Assembly (NCBI GenBank): GCA_964580765.1
Contig: CAZOKW010000004.1
Span: 1 to 41,739, forward strand
DNA length: 41,739 nucleotides
Direction: 5' to 3'
Source of the DNA: an uncultured Candidatus Saccharibacteria bacterium
Lineage (GTDB): Bacteria; Patescibacteriota; Minisyncoccia; 2-02-FULL-40-12; IGHO2-12-FULL-4
The notes under the pieces were generated by a model. It searched no databases. It was not told where the DNA came from and saw only the letters and a program-made list of their open reading frames with translations. This document shows, piece by piece, positions 1 to 8,198 of this stretch (its first letter is position 1; the number at the start of each line of letters is the position of its first letter). The translations under genes were made by a program, and so were the position numbers.

Positions 1-75
1 ATTTCGCCACGAAAGGGGTTTTGAAACCATCTCTTAGGTAAAGAGTACCTTAAAGTATAGAGAAAATAAATATGC

Positions 76-104
76 TTGACATCTGCTCCATTTTCGATTA
101 TAAA
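76..104 (+). promoter_or_regulatory. Putative sigma70 promoter of aminotransferase 1
   Basis: TTGACA (76-81), 17-bp spacer, TATAAA (99-104); AAGGAG SD upstream of ATG 142. Confidence 0.5.
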
Positions 105-141
105 TATAGCCATTGTTGTTTTAAAAAAAAGGAGCGGAATT

Positions 142-1509
142 ATGGAGAAGTACGGCCTAGAACCAGTGGAAGTACCTTTGGTAAAAACGAAATATAGAAC
201 CATTAGGACCAAGCTTCCTGTGCCAGAGTCATTGCCGATATTCAAGATGCTGATGGAATCAGAACCGCAGTCCATGCGGGGACAGCCGCCAGTGGTCTGG
301 CATACAGCGGATGGTTTTCAGGTTTATGACCGTTGGGGTAATAAATGGTTAGATTTTTCATCCGGTGTTTTGGTAGCCAATGTTGGTCATGGCCGGCCGG
401 AGATCAAGAAGGCCATCAGAGAAATGTTGGACCAGGGCCTGCTGACCACCTTTGCTTTTGTGCATGAAAAGAGGGCGGAGTTATGCGAAGTTTTGAGGAA
501 TTTATCGCCTGACCCGGCCAACTATTTGGCCGCTCTTTTCAGTGGAGGGAGCGAAGCCGTGGAATACGCCATCAAACTGGCCAGAACATACGCTCTGGAA
601 AAGTATGGGCCAAGAAGAAAATATCTGGTGTCTTTTAATAATGCCTTTCACGGCGGGACGCTTGGTTCAGTCCTGGCCGGAGGCAAGGCCGGTTTAAAAA
701 AGTGGATAGTCGGTGAAGGCAATACCTTTGTCCAAGTGCCATTCCCTGACGGATATAAGAATGAAGACACTTCTTTCGACCTTTTTCTAAGGAGCTTGGA
801 GGCACTGAAAGTAAAATGGGAAGAAGTGGCGGGTGTTCTGGTGGAGTCGTATCAGGGAGGAGGACCTGACTTTATGTCGTATGACTATGCCTTCCAACTG
901 GAAACTTTCTGTAGGAATAATGACATCGTTATGATTTGCGACGAGATGCAATCCGGTTTTGGGAGGACAGGCAAATTCTGGGCCTACGAACATTACGACA
1001 TAAAGCCAGATATAGTTACCTGTGGGAAAGGCCTTTCCTCCTCCTTGCCTATTTCTGCCGTTATTGGCCGGAAAGACCTTATGAATTTTTATGGTCCTGG
1101 TGCGACTATTACCACTCATTCCGGAAATCCGGTTTGTGTGTCCGCCGCTTTGGCCAGTTTAAGGATTATGCAAAGAGAAAATCTCGTTGAAAACGCGGGA
1201 AAGCTCGGAAGAATGCTAGCCTTTGGACTGTCTGGAATAAAAAACAAATACCCCAATGTGCTTGGTTGTGTACAGAGTTTAGGGCTGGTGGCGGGGATCC
1301 AAGTTGTCAAGAAGGGAACAAAAGAGCCGGATGGACCAACCGCCTTGCGGATTAACGAAAGATGTTTTCAGAAAGGTCTGCTGATGTTTGCCCCGACCGG
1401 TGTGGCCGGCGAGTGCGTGAAAATTGCCCCCCCGCTTATGATCAACGAAGAGGCCTTGGGAGAAGGGATAGATGTTCTTGAAGAAGCTTGCGATGAAATT
1501 CTTGGGTAA
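142..1509 (+). CDS. Class-III PLP-dependent aminotransferase (GabT/ArgD-like fold)
   Basis: Motifs DFSSG, SGGSEAVE, FHG, DEMQSGFGRTG, PDIVTCGKGLS (PLP Lys), THSGNP; start moved to ATG 142 behind AAGGAG. Confidence 0.9.
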   Translation: MEKYGLEPVEVPLVKTKYRTIRTKLPVPESLPIFKMLMESEPQSMRGQPPVVWHTADGFQVYDRWGNKWLDFSSGVLVANVGHGRPEIKKAIREMLDQGLLTTFAFVHEKRAELCEVLRNLSPDPANYLAALFSGGSEAVEYAIKLARTYALEKYGPRRKYLVSFNNAFHGGTLGSVLAGGKAGLKKWIVGEGNTFVQVPFPDGYKNEDTSFDLFLRSLEALKVKWEEVAGVLVESYQGGGPDFMSYDYAFQLETFCRNNDIVMICDEMQSGFGRTGKFWAYEHYDIKPDIVTCGKGLSSSLPISAVIGRKDLMNFYGPGATITTHSGNPVCVSAALASLRIMQRENLVENAGKLGRMLAFGLSGIKNKYPNVLGCVQSLGLVAGIQVVKKGTKEPDGPTALRINERCFQKGLLMFAPTGVAGECVKIAPPLMINEEALGEGIDVLEEACDEILG

Positions 1510-1514
1510 ATCGT

Positions 1515-1544
1515 AAAGCCGCCAATTTGGCGGTTTTTATTTTA
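1515..1544 (+). terminator. Intrinsic terminator
   Basis: AAAGCCGCCA-att-TGGCGGTTTT followed by T-rich tract, just after the stop codon. Confidence 0.75.
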
Positions 1545-1604
1545 TTAATTTTATTCAGATTACGGAGCTTGTAATAGCGGTTATCTTATGAAATAATTAG
1601 CGCT

Positions 1605-2456
1605 ATGATTGATTTCAAAAATCTCAAAAAGCCGTATTTAATAGCCGAAATCGGCATTAACCATAATGGCGATTTGGAGATTGCCAAAAAACTGATAGAT
1701 GCGGCTCATGCTTGTTCTTGGGACTGTGTTAAATTCCAAAAAAGGAATCCCGATGTTTGTGTACCTGAAGATCAGAAAAATATTCCAAAGGATACTCCTT
1801 GGGGCAAAATGACTTACTTGGAATACAAAAAAGTTTTAGAATTTGGAAAGAAAGAATACGACTACATAGCCAAATACTGTCATCAAAAGCCAATTGACTG
1901 GACGGCATCGGTTTGGGATCTTGATAGTTTGGATTTTATCAAGAAATACGACGTTCCGTTTATTAAAATTCCTTCCGCTCATCTTACCAATCATAAACTG
2001 CTTAAAGCGTCAGCCCAGACCGGAATTCCGATCGTGGCCTCTACCGGCATGAGCACCCTTAAAGAAATTGATGAAGCCGTCGCTATTCTCAAAAAACATG
2101 CTTCCCAGTTTGTTTTAATGCATTGTAATTCGGCCTATCCGGCTAAGATTGACGAGTTAAACTTAAAGGTTATTCCCGCGCTTCAAAAAAGATACAAATG
2201 CCTAGTTGGTTATAGCGGCCATGAATTTGGTTTGACCACTACTACCGCCGCTATGGTTTTGGGAGCTAAAATAGTGGAAAGACACATTACCCTTGACCAC
2301 ACTATGTGGGGAACAGATCAGTCGGCTAGTATTGAACCTAGTGGTATGGATAAGTTTCATAAACAGGTGAGCGAGATGACCCGTTCTCTTGGTGACGGCA
2401 AAAAAAGGGTTTACGAGACCGAAATGGCTGTCAGAAAAAAATTAAGGGGCGCTTAA
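1605..2456 (+). CDS. neuB: N-acetylneuraminate synthase (NeuB) family protein, no C-terminal SAF/AFL domain
   Basis: IAEIGINHNGD, CVKFQKR, KIPSA, STGMS, LMHCNSAYP, GYSGHE, VERHITLD, GTDQSAS; 283 aa. Confidence 0.9.
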   Translation: MIDFKNLKKPYLIAEIGINHNGDLEIAKKLIDAAHACSWDCVKFQKRNPDVCVPEDQKNIPKDTPWGKMTYLEYKKVLEFGKKEYDYIAKYCHQKPIDWTASVWDLDSLDFIKKYDVPFIKIPSAHLTNHKLLKASAQTGIPIVASTGMSTLKEIDEAVAILKKHASQFVLMHCNSAYPAKIDELNLKVIPALQKRYKCLVGYSGHEFGLTTTTAAMVLGAKIVERHITLDHTMWGTDQSASIEPSGMDKFHKQVSEMTRSLGDGKKRVYETEMAVRKKLRGA

Positions 2457-2468
2457 ATACTATGGGAA

Positions 2469-2780
2469 GCGAGCTTGGTGAATATTGCTTTTTCCGGACG
2501 CAAGTTTGCTTCCAGCGAGCAAACTCGCTCATTGCGGTCTGTGGATTCGGAAAGAATTAAAGTAAAAGTCTTTACTTTAATGAACCTTGATTAATTCTTT
2601 CCGTCCAGCTCGTCACTTTTTCATCTTATTCGAAAACGAATGGGCTGAAAAAGTGACTCGCGAGCAATCTACCATCAGAATACCCCAAAGGGGTAAAATA
2701 GTAGATGAGATGCAGACAAGTTTTACTTGTCTGTCCCCACAGCCCACAGAGCCTTCAAAAGCAATATTCACCAAGCTCGC
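2469..2780. repeat. Branched structured element, family I copy A (putative ncRNA or ssDNA mobile element)
   Basis: Perfect 24-bp terminal inverted repeat GCGAGCTTGGTGAATATTGCTTTT (2469-2492/2757-2780) enclosing several hairpins; shares CCAGCGAG, CTGTGGATTCGGAAAGA and CATCTTAT..ATGGGCTG with copy B. Confidence 0.8.
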
Positions 2781-2790
2781 GGCCATACTT

Positions 2791-2819
2791 TTGACAAATC
2801 ATGTTTTTTTCTTTATCGT
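2791..2819 (+). promoter_or_regulatory. Putative sigma70 promoter of SDR-epimerase pair
   Basis: TTGACA-17 bp-TATCGT; AGGAG SD before ATG 2858. Confidence 0.5.
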
Positions 2820-2857
2820 ATTAGACAATCAGTTGTTCCTTAAAATAAGGAGAAGAA

Positions 2858-3691
2858 ATGAGTGTTTTAGACAAGTTCCGACTGGATGGAAAAGTTTGCG
2901 TCATTACCGGCGGGGCCGGATTATTGGGTATTCAGCATGCCGAGGCGATTCTCGATGCCGGCGGTAGGGTGGTCCTGATTGATATCAATGAAGCAAAATT
3001 GGCTTCGGCGGTGTTAAGTCTGTCCGCCAAATTGACAGGCCGGGCTAATAGAATTTGCGGATATCCTTTTGATATCACTGATGAGGAAGCGGTTCTTTCT
3101 GGTGTGGCTCGAATATCGAGAAACTTCGGTTCAATAGATATCCTTATTAATAATGCCGCCAACGACCCAAAACTGGAAGACGGTGGTAAAAATCTGACCC
3201 GTTTGGAAAATTTTCCAATGCAAGTTTGGCAGGACGACTTTAATGTGGGTGTAACCGGTGCATTTTTAATGAGCCGGGAAATCGGCCAAAGAATGGCTAA
3301 AAACGGCAGAGGAGTAATTCTGAATATCGCTTCTGATTTGGCAGTGGTTGCTCCGGACCAGAGAATCTATCGACAAGAAGGACTTGCCGAAAATGAACAG
3401 CCGGTCAAACCGGTGAGTTATTCCGTGACCAAGCATGCTTTGATCGGGCTGACCAGATATTTGGCTACTTACTGGGCCAACAAAGGAGTGCGGGTTAACT
3501 CTATTTCTCCTGGCGGGGTTTCTAACCATCAGCCGGAGGAATTTGTAGCCAAGCTGACGAATTTAATTCCCATGGGGCGGATGGCCGAAGTTGATGAATA
3601 TAAGGCGGCCGTTTTATTTCTTTGTTCAGACGCCTCGTCTTATATGACCGGCGAGAATTTGATTATTAATGGAGGGCGGACATGTTGGTAG
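2858..3691 (+). CDS. SDR-family oxidoreductase (resembles PtmA-type SDRs of nonulosonate loci)
   Basis: TGGAGLLG, NNAA, YSVTK catalytic motif, VRVNSISPGG. Confidence 0.85.
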   Translation: MSVLDKFRLDGKVCVITGGAGLLGIQHAEAILDAGGRVVLIDINEAKLASAVLSLSAKLTGRANRICGYPFDITDEEAVLSGVARISRNFGSIDILINNAANDPKLEDGGKNLTRLENFPMQVWQDDFNVGVTGAFLMSREIGQRMAKNGRGVILNIASDLAVVAPDQRIYRQEGLAENEQPVKPVSYSVTKHALIGLTRYLATYWANKGVRVNSISPGGVSNHQPEEFVAKLTNLIPMGRMAEVDEYKAAVLFLCSDASSYMTGENLIINGGRTCW

Positions 3692-4536
3692 AAAACAAAA
3701 AACATTCCATTGGGGTGATGCAGGGCCGGCTGACTCCTCCCAAAGGCAGGGGAATCCAGTTTTTTCCTTTTGGGGAATGGGAGGAGGAGTTTGAAAAAGC
3801 GGCGGAACTTGGTTTGGACGAGATTGAATTTATTTTTGACCTGGAGCGCTACGAAGAAAATCCCTTGTGGACTGACAATGGTGTTTTCAAGATTAACGAC
3901 CTTAAAAATTGTTTTGAGGTACGCATAGACCATGTCTGCGCGGATTTTTTTATGAGGCGGCCATTTTTTAGGGTCAAAGAAAAAATCAGGCAGGAAAATG
4001 TTGAAATTTTAAAAAAGATTTTATTTCATGCCCACGCCATCGGCGCTAAAGATATTGAGATACCACTTTTAGACCATTCTTCTGTAAATAACGCCGAAGA
4101 AATGGATTTGTTGTGTAGATCCATTTGCGAATGCTTGCCGGTTGCTCAATATCTTGGTTTGTCTATTTCTTTGGAAACTGACTTGCCACCGAGAAGATTC
4201 CGGCAGTTACTGCAAAGATTTCCTAAACATTTGATTGGAGCGGTCTATGATAGCGGGAATAGTTCAGGACTGGGCTATGATCCTTTCCAAGAGGTTACTG
4301 TTTTGAACAAGTTTATTAAGAATATCCACATCAAAGACAGAGTTTTAGACGGGGATACCGTTCCTCTGGGAACCGGTTCAGCCGACTTTGGTCAGTTGTT
4401 TAGAGGATTACAAAAAATTGGTTATCAAGGAGGTTTTACCCTTCAGGCGGCCAGAGGGGAAGAGGGGAAAGAATCCAAAAACATCCAAGAACAACTAGTT
4501 TTTTTGAAAAGATTAATATCGGGCTACTTGACCTAG
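3682..4536 (+). CDS. Sugar-phosphate isomerase/epimerase (xylose isomerase-like TIM barrel; hexulose/ribulose-phosphate 3-epimerase-like)
   Basis: IGVMQGRL N-terminus, SLETD, YDSGN, HIKD, VPLGTG metal-binding motifs. Confidence 0.8.
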   Translation: MLVENKKHSIGVMQGRLTPPKGRGIQFFPFGEWEEEFEKAAELGLDEIEFIFDLERYEENPLWTDNGVFKINDLKNCFEVRIDHVCADFFMRRPFFRVKEKIRQENVEILKKILFHAHAIGAKDIEIPLLDHSSVNNAEEMDLLCRSICECLPVAQYLGLSISLETDLPPRRFRQLLQRFPKHLIGAVYDSGNSSGLGYDPFQEVTVLNKFIKNIHIKDRVLDGDTVPLGTGSADFGQLFRGLQKIGYQGGFTLQAARGEEGKESKNIQEQLVFLKRLISGYLT

Positions 4537-4561
4537 CCAGCGACATAACGCTGGTTTTTTT
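4537..4561 (+). terminator. Intrinsic terminator
   Basis: CCAGCG-acataa-CGCTGG + T7. Confidence 0.75.
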
Positions 4562-4658
4562 ATTTAAAAATATAAGTGGAAACAAGTCAATATTGATTTT
4601 ATCTTGTCTTTTGCTTTGATTAGGCAGACGATCTTTTAAATTCCAAAGGAGTTTTGCG

Positions 4659-5540
4659 ATGGTGAAAATAGGTGATAAAACCGTTGGTCATGACCAGCCG
4701 GTTTTTGTTACGGCGGAAATAGGCATTAACCATAACGGAGACATGGCCGTAGCAAAAAAACTCATTGATCTGGCGGTTTTGGCCGGCTGTGACGCCGTCA
4801 AATTCCAAAAAAGAACAGTCGAGGTGGTTTATACGCCTGAAGAGTTGGCTAAGCCAAGGGAAAATCCCTTTGGTCCGACTAATGGGGATTTAAAGCGGGG
4901 ACTAGAATTTGGTCGAGAGCAGTACGAGGAAATATCCTACTATTGTTGTCAAAAGGAGATACTTTGGTTTGCTTCTCCATGGGACGAAGAAAGTGTTGAT
5001 TTTCTGGAGGAGTATAATCCGCCTTGCTATAAAATTGCCTCGGCTTCCCTGACTGATGATGGACTCTTGCGCCACATCCGGAGCAAGGGCCGGCCGATTA
5101 TTCTTTCTACTGGGATGAGTGACATGGCGATGATCCGGCATGCGGTGGCGGTGCTGGGACATGTTGATCTTGTTTTACTTCATTGCACCAGCGTTTATCC
5201 AAAAGTCGGCTTGGACTCAACCAATAACCTAAGTTTTGTTAATTTAAAAGTAATAGATGAATTGGGCCACCGTTTTCCTTCCGTGCCGATTGGTTTTTCC
5301 TCTCATTTTAGCGGAATTATGCCGGTCTATGCGGCGGTGGCCAGAGGTGCTTGCATGGTGGAATTTCATATCACTCTGGAACGGTCCATGTGGGGCAGTG
5401 ACCAGGCCAGTTCTCTGGAGTTTCAGGAGTTCAATGATTTATGCCGGATGATCCGCGAACTGAAAATCGCCGAAGGCGACGGGATCAAAAGAATTTATCC
5501 CGAAGAAGAAGCGGTCATGAAAAAGTTACGCAGGAAGTAG
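4659..5540 (+). CDS. neuB: Second NeuB-family synthase, no SAF/AFL domain
   Basis: AEIGINHNGD, AVKFQKR, YKIASAS, LSTGMS, LHCTSVYP, GSDQASS; AAGGAG SD. Confidence 0.9.
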   Translation: MVKIGDKTVGHDQPVFVTAEIGINHNGDMAVAKKLIDLAVLAGCDAVKFQKRTVEVVYTPEELAKPRENPFGPTNGDLKRGLEFGREQYEEISYYCCQKEILWFASPWDEESVDFLEEYNPPCYKIASASLTDDGLLRHIRSKGRPIILSTGMSDMAMIRHAVAVLGHVDLVLLHCTSVYPKVGLDSTNNLSFVNLKVIDELGHRFPSVPIGFSSHFSGIMPVYAAVARGACMVEFHITLERSMWGSDQASSLEFQEFNDLCRMIRELKIAEGDGIKRIYPEEEAVMKKLRRK

Positions 5541-5549
5541 TCAGATTAC

Positions 5550-5575
5550 CAGGGTTTACAAACCCTGTTTTTTTT
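5550..5575 (+). terminator. Intrinsic terminator
   Basis: CAGGGTTT-ac-AAACCCTG + T8. Confidence 0.8.
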
Positions 5576-5603
5576 GGTATTTTATATCAAATTATATCTG
5601 TTC

Positions 5604-5824
5604 GGCTTGATGCATAAGCGTTCCTTCAGGTCGTTCCGCCGCTTTCCAGCGAGCGGCTCCACTCGCGATGAAGCTGTGGATTCGGAAAGAGTCAAAGAAA
5701 TATTATACTCTTTCCGACCCAGGAACTGCCTTTTCCATCTTATGCTTAGCATGGGCTGGAAAAGGCAGTTCCTAAGCAATCCACAACTTCAGAGCGTCCT
5801 TCAGGGATGCATATGCATCAAGCC
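5604..5824. repeat. Branched structured element, family I copy B
   Basis: Closing arms GGCTTGATGCATA/TATGCATCAAGCC; GCCGCT-ttccagcg-AGCGGC hairpin; TCGGAAAGAGT/ACTCTTTCCGA; perfect 17-bp AGGAACTGCCTTTTCCA/TGGAAAAGGCAGTTCCT. Confidence 0.8.
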
Positions 5825-5843
5825 CCCATGATTAAATTTGCAA

Positions 5844-6007
5844 GCAGACTAAAGATATTGTTGCCTCAGAGGCGCTGTGGACTGTGTGATTGCATGGTTT
5901 GGACGAAGTATAATTTTTTCACTTCGGACAAAATCCACAGGCCACGGCGAGCGTAGCGAATCGCTGGTGAGCAAGCGTCCGAAGAGGCAATAGTATCTTT
6001 GGTCTGC
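5844..6007. repeat. Branched structured element, family I copy C (inverted relative to A/B)
   Basis: 24-bp closing stem (5844-5867/5984-6007, three G-T wobbles); reverse complement reads TCGGACGC..CCAGCGA..CTCGC..CTGTGGATT..CCACAG like A. Confidence 0.7.
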
Positions 6008-6056
6008 CGTAGAAAGGTTTTAAATAAAATGCCAACATACTTAACTAAATAAGTCT

Positions 6057-6803
6057 ATGAAAATCTATGTCATCATTCCCGCCCGGAGCAACTCCAAGGC
6101 GGTGGTCTCCAAGAACATAAAAATGCTCAAAGGTTTTCCTTTGCTGGCTTATTCTATCGCCGTTTCCAAACTGATTAAAAAGGTCTCCCGGGTGATTGTC
6201 TCTACTAACTCTCCGGAGATTGCCGAGCTGGCCAAAAGATACGGGGCGGAGGCGCCATTTTTGAGACCGGCCCAATTTTGTAAGGACTCCTCAAATGATT
6301 TGGACGCCATCGGGCATGCCTTAAGATGGCTGGAAGAAAATGAAGGCCAAGTTCCCGATTTGGCCGTTTATTTAAGACCATCTACTCCTTTAAGAGATTC
6401 TCGCCTGATAGACAAAGCCATTGCCAGTTTAGTTAAAAATCCCAAAGCCACCTCTTTACGCTCGGCCCACATTTTAGCGGAACCGCCTCATAAAATGTTC
6501 CAACTCAACAAAGCCGGTTTTTTTACGGGATTTTTTCCTAATTACCCAAAGCCGGAGTATCATGGTATCCCCCGTCAGCTTTTTCCCCAGGCCTACCACC
6601 CCAATGGCTATGTTGATATTGTCAGAAGCGATTTTATAAAAGCCAGCCAATATAAACTTTGCTTTGGGGAGAAGATACTGCCTCTGATTACTCCTATTGT
6701 GACGGAGATAGATTTGCCGGAGGATTTTGAGTATCTGGAGTATCAGATCAACAAGTTTGGCAGTCCGCTTCTTGATTTTTTAAAGGCCAATTTTAAAACA
6801 TAA
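6057..6803 (+). CDS. neuA: CMP-nonulosonate synthetase / acylneuraminate cytidylyltransferase
   Basis: IPARSNSK..KNI, VSTNS, PFLRP, LRPSTPLR, PRQ, PNGYVD, EID. Confidence 0.9.
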   Translation: MKIYVIIPARSNSKAVVSKNIKMLKGFPLLAYSIAVSKLIKKVSRVIVSTNSPEIAELAKRYGAEAPFLRPAQFCKDSSNDLDAIGHALRWLEENEGQVPDLAVYLRPSTPLRDSRLIDKAIASLVKNPKATSLRSAHILAEPPHKMFQLNKAGFFTGFFPNYPKPEYHGIPRQLFPQAYHPNGYVDIVRSDFIKASQYKLCFGEKILPLITPIVTEIDLPEDFEYLEYQINKFGSPLLDFLKANFKT

Positions 6804-6804
6804 A

Positions 6805-8196
6805 ATGTCTAACTATCAATTTTTCTTAAAACCAAAAAAAGTTTCGCCAGTGCAAACAAGATTCAGGAAGATAGGAACAAAAATTCCATCGCCGGAGACC
6901 GTAAAAATAATTCACGAAGCCGAAAAATATGGTTTGGATTTGATGTCCGGCCAGTTGCCGGTGGCTTGGGATAAGGCGATTGATTTTAATGTTTTCGATA
7001 AATCGGGCAATAAGTGGATTGACTTTACCTCCGGTATTTTTCTGGCCAATGCCGGGCATGCTAATCCCCAAATTAAAAAAGCTATCGATAGTCAGTTAAA
7101 AGCCGATCTTCTTCACGCCTATAACTATCCGACAGAAATAAAAACCCGCTTCCTGAAGAAACTTATTTCCCTGTCTCCAAAGTCGTGCCACAAAGCGCTT
7201 TTATTCGCTACTGGGGCTGAAACCACAGAGGCCTCTATTTTGATGATGCGAACGCATGGTCAATTAAAAAACAAAAACAAGATTGGCATCATTTCTTTTC
7301 GGGGTAGCATGCATGGCGCGACCATGGGAGCGCGGATGCTTCAGGGCAACCAAAAAATCTTGGATATTTATGGTTTCTCTGATCCAAACATTTTTCATCT
7401 GCCTTTCCCTTATCCTTGGGAAGCAAAGAGCAAAAATTTTGACTGGACGGCCAGATTTAAAAATGATCTGAAAGAGTTAGAAAAAAGGGGAATGAAGGTC
7501 AAGAATCTTTGCGGTTTTATGGTTGAGTCCTTCCAGGGATGGGGGGCGTTGTTTTATCCCCAGACCTATATTAAAGAGCTGGCGAAGTTTGCGGAAAAAA
7601 ACAAAATACTGCTGGCTTTTGATGAGATCCAAAGCGGCTGTGGCCGGACGGGCAAAATGTTTGCTTTTGAGCATTATGGAGTTACTCCCGATCTGATTTG
7701 TCTGGGCAAGGGTTTAAGCAGTAGTTTGCCCCTTTCAGCCGTGGTTAGCCGGGGGGAGATTATTGATTTGGCCGAGGTGGCTGATTGTGCACACAGTACT
7801 CATTCCGGTAATCCGTTGTCTTGCGCCGCTGGTTTGGCCAACCTGGAGGAGTTGCAGTCGAAAAACTTAATCAAAGAATCGGAAAGAAAGGGTAAGATTC
7901 TTTTGGCTGGATTAAATGAGCTGAAAAATAAATTTCCAGATAGAATTTCTTACGTTTTTGGAAAAGGCCTGCTGGCGGCTGTTTTATTTAAAGACCCAAA
8001 AACCGGAGAACCGGAGGGTGAATTTCCCAGCCGGGTTTGCGAACGGGCTATGCAGAAAGGATTGCTTCTGGTTCATACCGGCCGCGAATCAATCAAAATC
8101 GCTCCACCGCTGACTATACCTAATGATGCTCTTAAAGAAGGAGTTAAAGTTTTGGAAGAGTCAATTTTTGAAATTGAACAAGAAACCGGCAAATAA
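6805..8196 (+). CDS. Class-III PLP aminotransferase (paralog of 142-1509)
   Basis: DFTSG, DEIQSGCGRTG, PDLICLGKGLS, THSGNP; same N-terminal extension (V.T..R.I.TK.P.PE) as first copy. Confidence 0.9.
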   Translation: MSNYQFFLKPKKVSPVQTRFRKIGTKIPSPETVKIIHEAEKYGLDLMSGQLPVAWDKAIDFNVFDKSGNKWIDFTSGIFLANAGHANPQIKKAIDSQLKADLLHAYNYPTEIKTRFLKKLISLSPKSCHKALLFATGAETTEASILMMRTHGQLKNKNKIGIISFRGSMHGATMGARMLQGNQKILDIYGFSDPNIFHLPFPYPWEAKSKNFDWTARFKNDLKELEKRGMKVKNLCGFMVESFQGWGALFYPQTYIKELAKFAEKNKILLAFDEIQSGCGRTGKMFAFEHYGVTPDLICLGKGLSSSLPLSAVVSRGEIIDLAEVADCAHSTHSGNPLSCAAGLANLEELQSKNLIKESERKGKILLAGLNELKNKFPDRISYVFGKGLLAAVLFKDPKTGEPEGEFPSRVCERAMQKGLLLVHTGRESIKIAPPLTIPNDALKEGVKVLEESIFEIEQETGK

Positions 8197-8198
8197 TA

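Noticed and set aside
2587-2967. 126-aa ORF (also 5574-5831 and 5582-5779)
   Set aside because: Run through the palindromic elements, with no SD or family motifs; likely spurious.
4537-4554. CCAGCGA in the terminator after the epimerase as a family I remnant
   Set aside because: Here it is a stem strand of a normal terminator with no other family motifs.
2469-6007. Family I elements as hammerhead or HDV-like ribozymes, or riboswitches
   Set aside because: No CTGANGA/GAAA core or HDV nested pseudoknot could be laid out by eye; copies occur after stops and in both orientations.
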